NCBI GenBank assembly: GCA_951406725.2
Contig: OX597823.1
Span: 11,656,001 to 11,720,000, forward strand
Length of the DNA stretch: 64,000 nucleotides
Source of the DNA: Octopus vulgaris
Lineage: Eukaryota
Direction of reading: 5' to 3'
The translations under genes were made by a program, and so were the position numbers. How positions within the stretch are numbered: the stretch's first letter is position 1; every line of letters starts with the position of its first letter. The notes beneath the pieces are model-generated. The model had not been told where the DNA came from and did not search any database. It was given only the letters and a program-made list of their open reading frames with translations. Below, piece by piece: positions 1-13,550 of this stretch.

Positions 1-257
1 CAAATGACTGAAACAAGTAAAAGAGAAAAGAGTAAATTAAATTGTGTGTGAGGTTAACATTGATTCATTGCTCTAAAATGTTAGTGGTTGAAACATTACC
101 ATTTTGTTTTCTTGTACTAGGGATGTGTTAGAAGAGGTTCAATCGGTTACTGTTTACTAGACTGCAATGACTGTGAAGTTAAAGTAATACATTACTAATC
201 ACAGTTATGCTACGACCATTGTTTTGTGTCTTAGGCTAAGGTACATTACTCATGTTA

Positions 258-453
258 CCACGCTGGGCGAAATGCTCAGCGGTATTTCGTCTGTCGTTAC
301 GTTGTGAGTTCAAATTCCGCTGAGGTCAACTTTGCCTTTCATCCTTTCGGGGTCGATAAATTAAGTACCAGTTACGCACTGGAGTCTATGTAATTGACTT
401 AATCCCTATGTCTGTCCCCTTTATGTTTAGCCCCTTGTGGGTAATAAAGAAAT
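258..453 (+). mobile_element. SINE family C copy, 5'-truncated, with target-site duplication
   Basis: Near-identical to copies at 36170, 60110 and 62317. Direct repeat AGGTACATTACTC at 239-251 and 454-466. Confidence 0.85.
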
Positions 454-1275
454 AGGTACATTACTCCTTTTACATCAGATTGCCTAGCTGATAACTGAGT
501 ATATATTTAGTAGTCAGTCCAGCTGTAAAATATCTAAACATCTGCTCTAGCTGTATGTAAATATTCAAAATTGAAGGAAGACTCCTTCTTTAACTTGACT
601 GAGTTAGAAAGTTGAGTTAGGATACTGTGGGGAAAAGAGGAATCTGACTTTTTTGAACTGCTCTTTCCCCATCAGAAAAATTAATTTTCAAATAAAGAAA
701 ATATATATAGGGATTTTTCAAGGATTTCATATAAAGACATGGAAGTTTTCCTTAACAAAGGTTATTCAGCCGGGTCAAAACTGATCCAGCAACCCTATGG
801 TCATGAGTATTCCAAACTTTATCTTACTTTCTTTTATTACAATCTGTTTATTTTGGACTATATTATCTAGTGGTCTTTTTTACCCCTAATTTGGCATGCT
901 GTGTCACCACTTTGCAGGTGTCCCAGCATGCTGAACAAATCAACCCCAGTGCCCCACTCCTCCCTTTTTTAATTGAAGGTTAGTACTTATTCTATCAGTC
1001 TCTCTTTGCTGACCTACTAGATTATGGGGATATAAACAAACCAACACTGGCTCTCAAGCAGTGATGGTGGACAAACACAAGTACATGCATGCACACACAT
1101 ACACACACACTCACACATGCACATATATATATACACTGTATGCTTCTTTAAGTTTCTGTCTGCCAGATCTACTCCCAAGGCTTTTTTCAGCCCAGAAATG
1201 TAGAAGAAGACACTTGCTCAAGCTGCCATGCAGTGGGATTAAACCCAGAGCCATATGGTTGGGAAGCAGATATAC

Positions 1276-1652
1276 TCTCTCTTTACTCTTTTACTTGCTT
1301 CAGTCATTTTGACTGCGGCCATGCTGCCTTTAGTCAAGCAAATCGACCCCGGGACTTATTCTTTGTTACTCCAGTACTTATTCTATCGGTCTCTTTTGCC
1401 GAACCGCTAAGTTACGGGGACGTAAACACACCAGCATCGGTTGTCAAGCAATGCTAGGGGGACAAACACAGACACACATACATATATACGACAGGCTTCT
1501 TTCAGTTTCCGTCTACCAAATCCACTCACAAGGCATTGGTCGGCCTGGGGCTATAGCAGAAGGCACTTGCCCAAGATGCCACGCAGTGGGACTGAACCCT
1601 GAACCATGTGGTTGGTAAGCAAGCTACTTACCACACAGCCACCCCTGGGCCT
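1276..1652 (-). mobile_element. tRNA-derived SINE family A copy; an older degenerate copy abuts at about 905-1270
   Basis: About 400-bp repeat recurring more than 8 times in the window. tRNA-like head with A-box/B-box-like 'TGGCTGTGTGG...GGTTCAGTCCC', internal (TA)/(TG) tract, 3' end ...GAAACAAGTAAAAGAG. Confidence 0.85.
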
Positions 1653-1989
1653 ATCTTAACAATATATGCACATGTGTGTGTGTGTGTGTATAAAAGGATG
1701 CGTGGTGTTCAATCATAGAATAATATAAATATATGCATATATACATACATAAATTTACATACCTACATATATATGTATATATACATGCATAAATGGGTAC
1801 AGGACATCAAAAAACAAGACAGGATGAGAAACACACACACACAGATGTGGGAGGTAGGGCATGATTTGAGGAGGATATCACTGATTCTTCTAGCAGGTTA
1901 AATGATCACATTTTCTTATCTAGTTTACTTAGAAATAATTTGTTACGATTATAAGAACTTTTGCAGAAGACAGATCAAATTATGTAAAC

Positions 1990-2282
1990 ATGGCACCTTG
2001 GGCAAGTGACCAAAGCCTTGTGAGTGGATTTGGTAGACAGAACCTGGAAGAAGCCCGTCGTATATATATATATGTATGTGTGTGTATATGTTTGTGTGTC
2101 TATTTGTCCCCCCAACATCGCTTGACAACCGATGATGGTGTGTTTACGTCGGCGAAAGGAACCGATAGAATAAGTACAAGGCTTACAAAGAATAAGTTCT
2201 GGGGTCGATTTGTTCGACTAAAGGTGGTGCTCCAGCATGGCCGCAGTCAAATGACTGAAACAAATAAAAGAAAAGAAAAGAA
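1990..2282 (+). mobile_element. SINE family A copy, 5'-truncated
   Basis: Reverse complement of the copies at 1276 and 2650. Confidence 0.8.
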
Positions 2283-2649
2283 TTAATACAAAATAAGTAC
2301 ATAGTTACAGTTTAGTGTGTCCTCTGATTTTCTCTTATAATTTCCTGGAAAATGCAAATTTTTAAATGAAATTTTGTCAGAAATACATTTTAGAGAGTGT
2401 AATGTATGATTAAATTGATAAAATATAGGTGACAAAAGATTATGGAGGTGTGTTTTAGATAATACTTTCCCCATCCTCCAAATTTATTATCAGCATTTTC
2501 ATTTCTTTCTTTCAAATTTAGCAGTTTGAAGTATCAACATTACTTAATCTATACTCTTGGAAACGTATCTCTGCACAGTGTCATTTATAAATATACATTT
2601 TAAAGAGCTGTAAGGGAACAAAGTCGGAAGAGGAAGGGTGAGGTGCGGG

Positions 2650-2857
2650 TTACTCTTTTACTTGTTTCAGTCATTTGACTGCGGCCATGCTGGAGCACCA
2701 CCTTTAGTCGACCAAATCGACCCCCGGGACTTATTCTTTGTAAGCCCAGTACTTATTCTATCGTCTCTTTTGCCGAACCGCTAAGTGACGGGGACATAAA
2801 CACACCAGCATCAGTTGTCAAGCAATGCTAGGGGGACAAACACAGACACGCACATAC

Positions 2858-2900
<43 letters not shown>

Positions 2901-3062
2901 TACGACGGTCTTCTTTCAGTTTCCGTCTACCAAATCCACTCACAAGGCATTGGTCGGCCCGGGGCTATAGCAGAAGACACTTGCCCAAGATGCCACGCAG
3001 TGGGACTGAACCCGGAACCATGTGGTTGGTTAGCAAGCTACTTACCACACAGCCACTCCTGA
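2650..3062 (-). mobile_element. SINE family A copy
   Basis: Near-identical to 34013-34415 and 56221-56620. Confidence 0.88.
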
Positions 3063-3736
3063 GCCTTGGGGGTGTTTTAAAAACTTCTCATAAAATGAAG
3101 GATATCTTTTGTTTTTGTTTTTTAATTTATCAACCTAATCCTAATATACAATCTTGAAAATGTATCTCTGCAAAATATCACAGAAATCAGTATGTTTTTT
3201 TTTTCTGGAAATTGTGAGGAAACAAAGTTAGCAGAGCACCAAATGGTAGTTAAGCCACAATAAGTGTAGTGCGCTAAAATAGTGGAGTTTTACAGGAAAT
3301 ATGTAAGGTTTGTTTATGTGTGTGTCTGTGTGTCTGTGTTTGCTCCCTGACCATGACTTGACAACCAATGTTTGTGTGCTCACATCTCCATAACTTAGTG
3401 GTTTGGCAAAATATTTCGATAGAATAAATACTAGGCCTACAAAAAATAAGTCCTGGTGTTGATTTCTTCAACTAAAAAAAAAAACCTTGTATGGTGGTTG
3501 CTCCAGCATGGCCAGAGTCGGAAATGATTGAAACCAGTAAAAGAATAAAACTATACATATTTACCCCCAGATGAACCTACCTCAGGGCAAGAGGTGCAAA
3601 TGAGAGTAGCTATATCAAACTCCATTCTTCACCAAGTGCCACATATTAGACAAGGTTCTTCGCAATAGCAGTGTAGCACAAAACGGCGGTGCATCAGCAT
3701 GGCCACAGCTCTGAGCTGAAACCAGAGAAAAAAAAA

Positions 3737-3941
3737 ATATATATATGTATATACATATGTGTGTATATATATATATGTGTTTGTATATATATATATATGA
3801 GTATATATATATATATGTGTTTGTATATATATATATATATGAGTATATATATATGTGTGTATATATATATATGTGTGTAAATATATATATATGTGTGTAT
3901 ATATATATATGTGTGTATATATATATATGTGTATATATATA

Positions 3942-4020
<79 letters not shown>

Positions 4021-4025
4021 ATATT
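3737..4025. repeat. (TA)/(TG) compound microsatellite
   Basis: Direct reading. Similar tracts at 23527-23760, 24490-24580, 35045-35102, 38845-38960 and 39235-39472. Confidence 0.95.
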
Positions 4026-4800
4026 TTTATGGATTCTTAGAACCTTTAGAACTCTATAATACTTCATAACAAGCAAAAATGCTAATTCTAAAATCTAAGA
4101 GATAAATGCAGTAGTTGTACCAACAGGTAATGTTTGTAGCCACTTCAAAATGGCTGTCCATTCGGATTTTTTTATCCCGAAGAGAACATCTCCTCTAGCT
4201 AGTTAACGATGCACAGCTGCATCCGATATCTCGCAAGCAATATATCGAATGCAGATATTACAACTATTGGGGTTTAAAAATTGCACGAAAGTTTGTTTGA
4301 AGGAACAGCCCTGTTGAAGAAGTGGCTGAGAAAATTACTTCATATAACAGATAGTCCTGTTAACCAGACATCCTTTCTACTTGGTTGGTCATCTTTCAGC
4401 TTTGGTGCTGTCAAGCAGTGCTTGTATATCTAGATAGAGGAAGATATAAAGTGAACTTTGTGTCACCTCAACATTGTGTATGTCTGTGTGTGTGATGGGT
4501 ATTTGAGCCACTGGGCAGACCAAAATTACTGTCCTATTTTATTGAAGAGATATCTGTTCTTTTCATTTCATGGTTGACTGGCTCCAAGTGTAGAAGAAAG
4601 TTCTAGTTGAAAACCATCTGCTTCATTAATGTTAGGATCTGAGTACCCAAGTCACACATGCTGTTGCTTGGAAAAACAAATATAAAAACAGATGAGGAAT
4701 AAAAAATAGCACTTGTGACAGTTTTATTTCTGATATAGGTGGGACAATCTTTTTCTTTACTATTGACCCAATGATGGCAGCTACTGTCTTGATTTCTTAA

Positions 4801-5019
4801 CCCTTCCTTACCAACCCTGCTGAAACCAGCTCTGGCTCTGAGTACAAATGTCTTGTTTTCATAAGTTTTCAATTAAAATCTTCCACCAAACCTTAGTCAC
4901 AATTTATGTTCCTAACACTAGCTGAATGATAACCAAGTTATTTTATTAAATTCTTTGTTATATATAAAGTAATTAAAAGAAACACAGAGCATCTCAAAAT
5001 AAATACAGTAATGAAATGG
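4801..5019. mobile_element. piggyBac-like MITE family 1, TTAA-flanked
   Basis: TTAA at 4797-4800 and 5020-5023; about 220-bp body repeated at 29928-30148 and 56976-57189; CCCTT...AAGGG-type termini. Confidence 0.8.
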
Positions 5020-5248
5020 TTAAGCTTTCTTTACCTTATTTTCCTATTAAATGTGAATACAACAGCAGATAGCCTCTTTATGTTTTCTCAACCTGCTAGA
5101 AATAGCAGCTAAATCATCCTTAAACTACATCGTACCATCTTAAATATAGGAAGGATGGAGTAAATATTGTGGTCCCATATACCACTAAGAGGATGCCATG
5201 GTTGAAATAGAGTTAACCTGGGTTTAAATTGCAACAGGAACAGCTTAA

Positions 5249-5468
5249 CCCTTTAGCATTCAGATTATTCTGTCAAATATAAAGCTTATGTATTCACACC
5301 ATGTAAAATTAATCTTGCATCATTTCATGGCTTTGAGATTTCAGTGATGTGATTGTTTATTTTTAAAATGACACGATAAGGTAGCTATGAATGACCATAT
5401 CTGACTAGTTTGAACATAAAATAGGTTGAATATTTTGGCCAGATATGGCCAGTTTAAACACTAAAGGG
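5249..5468. mobile_element. piggyBac-like MITE family 2, TTAA-flanked
   Basis: TTAA|CCCTTTAG ... CTAAAGGG|TTAA terminal inverted repeats; internal sequence differs from family 1. Confidence 0.72.
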
Positions 5469-6407
5469 TTAAATGGGACATCCATTTTTTCTCCAGAGGT
5501 ATTAGTGGAATATACAGCAAGAATCATAATAGCCTAACCTGCCTTATACCCTGTTGAGAATTATTTTAAAAAAAATAATAAGTTGGGGTAATGGATCTTA
5601 AAATGTTTAAATTTACTAAGATTCAAATTTTCATAAAATTCTTTGAGTTTATATTAATTTTATTATATGTACTACATTTCTTTATGGTCATCATCATTTT
5701 TACATCTACTTTTCCCAGCTAGTATGGGTTGGATGAGACTTAAAGGCAGTGTTCTATTGTCAAATATAAATCCTGCTACTGTTTACTTTGGTCTTTCAAA
5801 TGATGATCAACTCATGGTGTAGCACATCTATGCAGTGACATTATTTTTACAGTGTCTAAACAATGCCAAGACTCAAGTCTGAAGACATGCACTCTCTCTC
5901 TCTCTCTCTCTCTCTCTCACATACTCTACAGACTTCTGTACTTCTATTATTTTCACTCACAAAACATTGGTCAGCTGGAGTTTATAGTAGAAAATACTAG
6001 ATCATAGTGCCACTCTGGGAATGAACTTGAAACCATGTAGTCATGATATGAACTTCGTAATTACATGGCCATCCATATGATGATATTTTTATATATCTAG
6101 TGTACTTAGTATAAATTTTGTATTTTGTGCAGCCTAGCTTTCAGATTAAGAGAAAGAAAAGGCCTTAATTGTTCTTCTTGTTGTTTAGCCTTAGTTATCT
6201 TTGATTGATCATCACTGTTGGAGACTAGCCTATCATTTCCTATATCAGACTACATTTTTAGTATAGTAAGATATAATTTGAAGAAATTTAACTGTTATTT
6301 CTGGTTGGTCAAGCACTCAATTTAGAGGCTCCCACATTGACTCAGATTCTTTAACTAATATGGTTGAGTGTGGGGTGCATCAAAACTGTTTAAAAAAACC
6401 TTACCTC

Positions 6408-6795
6408 TGGTAAGTAGCTTGCTAACCAACCACATGGTTCTGGGTTCAGTCCCACTGCATGGCATCTTGGGCAAGTGTCTTCTGCTATAGCCCCGGGCCG
6501 ACCAATGCCTTGTGAGTGGATTTGGTAGACGGAAACTGAAAGAAGCCTGTCATATATATGTATATATACATAAGTGTGTGTGTGTATATGTTTGTGTGTC
6601 TGTGTTTGTCCCCCTAGCATTGCTTGACAACCGATGCTGGTGTGTTTACGTACCCGTCACTTAGCGGTTCGGCAAAAGAGACCGATAGAATAAGTACTGG
6701 GCTTACAAAGAATAAGTCCCGGAGTTACTCGATTAAAGGCGGTGCTCCTGCATGGCCGCAGTCAAATGACTGAAACAAGTAAAAGAGTAAAGAGA
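6408..6795 (+). mobile_element. SINE family A copy
   Basis: Reverse complement of 2650-3062. Confidence 0.88.
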
Positions 6796-7113
6796 TAAAT
6801 AATTTCATAGAGACTGTAGAGGAAGACTTGTTTGTGTTAATTTTTGCTCCTGTTCCTACCTCTTGTTCCTTACCAGTTGTGCCCACATTCCATCCAAAGT
6901 GTATGACACCATTACATTGACATCATCAACATAATACTGGCCTGGTTGTCTTGCATCTCCGTTGGAACAGGAAGCCTGTCCATACAATAACAATTTCCCT
7001 CACCATATCTTAAGAGAGGAATGCAAGTGAATTGCTTGGCTGTGGTTCTTATTTCAGCTGCTGAGGGCTCAAACGAAAAAGCTGACCCCAGCTGGATTTG
7101 AACTCCTATAAAT

Positions 7114-7448
7114 AAAAGCACCATCCGTTCGTGTCTGTTGCCAGCCTTGCCTGGCCCCTGTGCCGGTGGCATGTAAAAGCACCATCCGTTCGTGTCCGTT
7201 GCCAGCCTCGCCTGGCCCCCGTGCCGGAGGCACGTAAAAGCACCATCCGTTTGTGGCCGTTTGCCAGCTCCGTCTGGCACGTAAAAAGCACCCACTACAC
7301 TCACGGAGTGGTTGGCGTTAGGAAGGACATCCAGCCGTAGAAACACTGCCAGATCAGACTGGGCCTGGTGCAGCCTTCCGGCTTCCCAGACCCCAGTTGA
7401 ACCGTCCAACCCATGCTAGCACGGAAAGCGGACGCTAAATGATGATGA
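7114..7448 (+). mobile_element. Interspersed repeat family D with (GAT)n tail and internal ~60-bp tandem units
   Basis: Core GGTTGGCGTTAGGAAGG(G/A)CATCCAGCCGTAGAAAC...CCATGCTAGC...GATGATGA recurs inverted at 21042-21240, 43392-43750 and 62552-62606. AAAGCACCATCCGTT unit repeated three times at 7114-7290. Confidence 0.8.
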
Positions 7449-8941
7449 AAGGAATGTATGTTGAATGCTGCAAGGGGATTTATTGTGATGCTCCACTAAT
7501 TTTAGTGCATAATAATATTTTTAACTTTGGCACCTAACCATAAATTTTCAGAATATGATGTAATAAGTTAATTCACCCATTCGTATTTGTTTTATTAATT
7601 CTGGAGAGTCTTAGAGAAGATTATATTGATTGCAACTAACTACAGCAAGTTTAAATATCTGTATGTGTTTCTATTTGTTGGCCCTGAGGCAGTTTTTAAT
7701 TAACATCAAGAAATGTGATATCATCCTCTTTCACTACAGATACTATCCTATTTTGGGAATATTTTATCTCAATATAGCTTTTAATTAACTTTTTTCCCTT
7801 TCTAATTTAACAGTAACATCAGTAATAACATATTCCGGCTGGATTTTTTTTGTTTTTAATTTTTATGAAATGAAATTATTATACTTATTAAAAATGTAAA
7901 CATAGTAGGGGGGGGGGGGAGTAAAATTCATTATTGATTGTAGTTTATTGTGTGTATTGAAGAAATGGTTGATGTCAAAATGTGTGTTCACTATATAGCA
8001 TCTTCATGAGAGTTTCCTATTTCCTTAGCAATAAATTCAGTTATTACTTGTTATGGAAGACTGTTCTGAAAACATCACTGCAGGAAAATTTATTCAAACT
8101 TCGAAAATCTCCAAAAAAAGCAGTTTCGATATAGTTTGTTTTAAGATCGGATTAGTGCACATGCATATGGAAATAAATGAAGCATAACATTTTAGCATGA
8201 CATTGTTACAATTACAAAGAATTTTTTATTTTTATGGTAAAGGTAAAAGATTAAAAAATAATGTCTAGAATGATTGTATATTTTCTATCGAGTTATCTGT
8301 TTATGCATAGGAGAAACCTTATACAATTTTTTTTAAATGTCACACTCTTATCAGTAAACTGGGTTTTCCTTTTTCAAGAAAACCACCATTTTATTTTGAT
8401 TTTTTAAAATTAATTTATGTTATCAATTTTTTGGCAAATCTTTTTTTCAAGAACCAGTTCTCTCTTATCTTTCGTTATATTTCTGTTGAAATATGCTGAC
8501 TTTGTTTCAATTAACTGAAGAATTTAAAACTAAAATAATTTGGTCATTAAGTCGGTGTTTGCAACAAATTAACATAAAAATTTTGATAGAAGGGCTTTAA
8601 CTTATGGTACAAACAGGAAGGTTGGTATCAAAAGAGCTAATGTCATTGCTTGGTGCTATCTTGTGACTTCATGATTTTGCTTTCCTGAAAATTGGTGATA
8701 ATTTTTTGAGTCCTTTGCCAATATGTTTACATTTTTTAAATTAGCTAATAATTCCTATCAGTGGACTTGTTGTTCACTTCTGTCTCACCTTAGTTTATAA
8801 TGTTTATCTAATATCAGTTATATTAACCATTAATTAACTTAAGAGTATTGATGTTTTAGTAGAGAAATTATACTAGTGTTCATTTATGTCATTTAAAATG
8901 ATGTGATTGTTAACCAACTGTTTTTTCCTTTAAACTTTCAG

Positions 8942-9042
8942 CCCCAGGAACAGCTCCAAGGAATTTGCGTGGAAGAGCTGCTAGTGCAACCACCATATCT
9001 TTGGAATGGCAAGAACCCGAAATTCCGAATGGAATAATTGAG
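8942..9042 (+). CDS. Lar: LAR-family receptor tyrosine phosphatase, internal exon encoding the N-terminal part of FNIII repeat 2
   Basis: Acceptor ttttttcctttaaactttcAG, donor GAG|GTAAGC; 101 nt, phase 1 to 0. Translates (A)PGTAPRNLRGRAASATTISLEWQEPEIPNGIIE, matching recalled LAR/PTPRD FN2 '[34 protein letters not shown]'. Confidence 0.93.
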
Positions 9043-9449
9043 GTAAGCCAAGCAAAATGCTATTTTACTAATCTCTCAGGTGAATTTCAATTCAGAGAAT
9101 CCCCCCCACACTTTCCATTTCTCTCTCTCTCTCTTTCTCTCTCTCACACACACACACACACAACTAAGCTCTGTAAAATATTTAGTTCAGTTCTTGAATA
9201 ATTGTTGTTCACAACTCTGTCCTTATCTGTGCTCTCTTTCTAGCAGTTCAATCACTATTCTACACAGGTATTTTTGTTTGAATATACTGGTTTATCAGGT
9301 CCAGTTTATTATTTACATCTTTCAGTGATATGATTGGTAAAATTATACAGCACATATAAATAATATGCATCCATCTATCAACAACTTTTTTATTAACTGA
9401 CATAGGTTGTTCATATTATTGCACATATTACTAGAGTAACTCTTCTCTA

Positions 9450-10400
9450 TAAAGTTACGACTTAGCATAATTTGTCATAACAGGTAATGCATTATTGAAC
9501 CCAGCTCTTGGATTCTGGTGTGTACTGTGGTACCCACTTCTTCACAGCCACCTTCACCTTGTCAGTGTCATCAAATCCTTATACCCTGGAAGGCAAGCCC
9601 AGTTTGCCAATTACCTGATTTGTTGCCAGAAATGTTTGTGTAGTTGTGCATTGTCATTGGTGAATGTGGATCATTTTTAGATTCTTGTTTTTGTTTCTTC
9701 CTCTTAGTGGCTGCTATAAGCTTTTGAGTGTCTCAGTGTACCACATGCTGTTTACAGTATGACTTCATTACAGAAAATCAAAGCAGATGTTGCTCTTGTC
9801 ATCCCAACAAACAGTCATGGGCTTTTGAACTTCTTAGGCTCTGGAGAAGAAATGTGATGTCATTTTATAGACTGAGCCTTCATTTCCAGACCTTTAAGAT
9901 ATGCCCATGTTTCATCCCACATCACCATATCAGAAAGCCATATTTTCATTGGCTTCAAACACTTACCAGCATATCAGAGTTGACATCCACCCCCTTTTCC
10001 TGCAGACCAGATGTCAACTGCCCAGATACCGGCTCCGCATACACTCCCTGAACTTCTGTAATGCAATTGTGATGACAGTTCACTTGTGCAGCAAATCATT
10101 TTATCTACTCAATGGTAATTTTGTGTCACCTCTCATTGGTGGTGGTCTCCTACTGTGTGGCTTGTCTTCAATGCTGGTTTCCTCTTCTTATATTTCATCC
10201 ATCTTGCACATTGTCCTTGTTAATGGTGTCAGTTTTCATAAACAAGCTGTAGCTCCTGCAATGGATGTTGGACACTCTGCTCCCTATCTTTATCAAGAGC
10301 TCAATACCAGAACATTGCCTCTGCTTGGAAACCATTATTTGCTTATCATAAAGAACAAGAAAAGTCATTACAGAGGAATAGTAATCTCAACAATATATAC
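9450..10400 (-). mobile_element. Heavily decayed mariner-type transposase fossil
   Basis: Minus-strand reading with stops and frameshifts: MVMWDETWAY...EMKAQSIK*HHISSPEPKKFK...MTVCWDDK..ICFDFL**SHTVNSMWYTETLKSL, like mariner 'IVTGDETW...KRQS.EW.H..SP.PKKFK...VFWD...DFL...TINS..Y.ETL..L'. Boundaries approximate. Confidence 0.65.
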
Positions 10401-10699
10401 AGTCTGAATAGCTTATGTTAGTTGCATTATTTTGTGTTTGTTTGTGTGTAAAGCTTTAGTGTTAGGAAGGGCATCCAGCTATAGAAACTATCCAAAACTG
10501 AGACACTGGAGCAAGATGTGGCCCTCTGATTTGGTGGATCCTGTCAAAACATCCTCCCCATGGCAGCATGGAAAGTAGACCTAAAGATGATGATGATGAT
10601 ATATGCTGTGTGCAAGCATGCACGTGATGGGCTTCTACATAGACGACGCCCCCCCCCCACACACACACACAAAAAGATTCCATTCAAAAGACATGGTAG

Positions 10700-11040
10700 A
10701 TGACACTTGTTCACAGTGTCTCTTATGGTTGAAGACACTTAAAATGCTGCACAGTATCACTGAATATTCTCTTCACATGCTCTAATAAGGTCAATCTTGT
10801 TGACTTTGAAACTTCCACATGTTTTCAAGTTAGTTACAGACACACTGGACTTGACCCTGTGTAGAGATCATTCAGTGCTATGGAGCCAAAACCTGGGCTG
10901 TGAAGGAAGAATCTTGATGGCACACACACCAGGCTTTTGATGAAGGTTTACAAGACAAAGGTTTTATGGACACATTTCACCCATCTCTGCTAATGTTGGT
11001 CAACACAGAACAGGCTTTACTGGCCACTGCTTTCATGCTG
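10700..11040 (+). mobile_element. Decayed RTE-like LINE reverse transcriptase fragment
   Basis: Remnant 'YGAKTWAV...LDGTHTRLLMK' similar to the fragment at 48858-49108. Confidence 0.45.
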
Positions 11041-12190
11041 AATATTACCATCATAACATCTTAAAGACTTAGTTGTGATATATAGATTGTATACGCTTCA
11101 GTTTTATCAAGTCAGAAAAAGGTACTTTTTTAAAATTAATTTAGGAAATTTATCCTACATTAGAATAATAAAATTTATCATACATTGGTCACTGAAATAG
11201 AAATATGATTAAAATTAGAGGTTTCTTAATTCTTTTATTAATACAGTCTTAAAGTACTGACCATTATGTTTTGGGCTTTGTTTTTGCTGTATAATTTTTC
11301 TCTAGACCTTTTCCTGTTGTGACTTGTTAGAGTAACAACAGAATCTCTCTCTCTCCCTTTCTCTCTCTCTCTCTCTCTGTCTCTCTCAGTGTGAGTATGT
11401 GGTTTGTGGGGTCAACCACGTCCTCCCTTCATTTTTTGTTATTCACTCATTCTCATTTAATTGTATATATTATAATTGTTTGTTTATTCATATGTTTCGT
11501 CTCATTCAATACCCTGACCCCAACGTTTGTTTTGTCCCCTCTTTTTCTCAACCTTATGGTGAATAAAGAAATACTCTCTCTCTCTCTCATGAATCCATAC
11601 TACGGATTCAGATTCACCATAGTATCAATGTACAAATTAACTCTGGAATTGTGGACTAGTGAATTCTAGGGTGTTTCATACTGACAGTGTTCACCATTAT
11701 GATTTTGGCTTACACACATATTGCACATACGTTACCAACCCTGCCCCTTAAAGGAAAAATAAACTACTCCCTTCCTTTTTCCCTGAACAGAAGGTCTACT
11801 TTCACTTTTGTTAATATTGAAATGTCTAAGTGAAGGAGACGTTTACTAATGTTTTTGTTATTGGCTTTGTTTCTTCTACATCAGAACTACATTTTCTGTC
11901 AAGTACATTTATAATCATGTCTGAAATCTTGCAGTTTTCTGTTTTTTGTTCTTTAAAAAGCTATATACTATATATATTATTTTGAACTACAAAGCCTGCA
12001 ATATAATTAGAACAATACTTTATTTGCAAATTAAATATTGTTCCCCCCAAAAAACCCATTGATATAAATTTTAGATTCTGATTGCTTTCTTACGTTATAT
12101 TCTTGTTGCGTTTTTAGTGAAATAGACTAGGCTGAAAAAAACTATTTGATATTTGACTGACTGTACTTTGAGTAGGTATTTCACTAGTGT

Positions 12191-12562
12191 GGAGGCGCAA
12201 TGGCCGAGTGGTTAGGGCAGCGGACTCGCGGTTTCGATTCCCAGACCGGGCGTTGTGAGTGTTTATTGAACAAAAACACCTAAAGCTCCACGAGGCTGTG
12301 GCAGGGGATGGTGGTGATCCCTGCTGTACTCTTTCACCACAACTTTCTCTCACTCTTACTTCCTGTTTCTGTTGTGCCTGTATTTCAAAGGGCCGGCCTT
12401 GTCACTCTCTGTGTCATGCTGAATATCCCCGAGAACTATGTTAAGGGTACACGTGTCTGTGGAGTGCTCAGCCACTTACACGTTAATTTCACGAGCAGGC
12501 TGTTCCGTTGATTCGGATCAACCGGAACCCTCGTCGTCGTAACCGACGGAGTGCTTCCATCC
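12191..12562 (+). mobile_element. tRNA-derived SINE family B, full length with 11-bp TSD
   Basis: tRNA-like head GGAGGCGCAATGGCCGAGTGGTTAGGGCAGCGGACT...TTCGATTCCC; TSD ATTTCACTAGT at 12178-12188 and 12563-12573; near-identical copy at 47473. Confidence 0.9.
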
Positions 12563-12919
12563 ATTTCACTAGTATGTACCAATTCTAATGCTAGTGCTTC
12601 TTGATGTTTCTTATGAATCCTAGAGCTATTCCCCAGTGCCATTGATTGAACTCAATGCATGAATCAAACTAAAGTAACTGCTAGTCTTTCTGTTAGCAAA
12701 GAAAGATAAATTAGAAGGAACTTCTGAACTACACAATTTTACAATCATATTATACAGGTTTCAGTCCCATTGGGTTGAATCATAGGCAAGTGTTTTGTTT
12801 CATAGCACTGAACCAACCAGTGTCTTGTGTGTGGAACATGTTCACAGGAGCTGCATGGAAACCCACTGTATTTGTTTGTGTGTATGCAAGAGGGAATACA
12901 TGCACAGATTCTTTCATTT

Positions 12920-13550
12920 TTTTTTTACTTGTTTCAGTCATTTGACTGCAGCCTTCCTGACGCACCACCTTTAGTCGAACAAATCTACCCCAGGGCTTAT
13001 TCTTTGTAAGCCTGGTAATTAATCTATTGGTCTCTTTTGCCGAACTGCTAAGTTACGGGGGGACATAAACACACCAACATTGGTTGTTAAGCGATGGTGG
13101 AGGGACAAACACAGACACACAAATACATATATATATATATATGTATAAATATAAAATATCAATTAGTATCATTCTTTTTATACTTTTTGGAAAAAAAAAA
13201 TCTATATTATATTTTATATTAATTATATTAATATTATTTGTTATTTATGTATTGGTTTATGTCTATCACTGTTTGAGTTGCCTAATAGTGGTTTTATCTC
13301 TAATTCATATTTTATATATATATACTGTGAAATTTGATTTAATACTAAATCTAATTTTTCCCTGTAAGTTTGGAGCTATACTCCCTAATATTATTATTAT
13401 ATATAAATATATATATATATATATACACATGCACAATGAGCTTCTTTCAGTTTCCGTCTACCAAATCCATTCAGCCTGAGGTTATAGTAGATGACACTTG
13501 ACCAAGGTGCCATGTGGTTGGGAAGCAAGCTTCTTACCACACAGCCACTC
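12920..13550 (-). mobile_element. SINE family A copy interrupted by an AT-rich insertion (about 13150-13410)
   Basis: Both halves match family A; unrelated sequence ending in (ATT)n sits inside its (TA)n tract. Confidence 0.7.

Noticed and set aside
2825-3157. Recurrent ORFs such as RLPNPLTRHWSARGYSRRHLPKMPRSG and VSVYQIHSQGIG
   Set aside because: They are reading frames of the non-coding SINE family A, which explains their recurrence.
7114-7290. Regularly spaced direct repeats superficially like a CRISPR array
   Set aside because: Eukaryotic intron; the 'spacers' are homologous to each other, so these are internal tandem units of repeat family D.
12191-12262. tRNA-like sequence with A and B boxes (also 47473 and 20400-20467)
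   Set aside because: It is the head of a TSD-flanked SINE, with no complete cloverleaf; not a tRNA gene.
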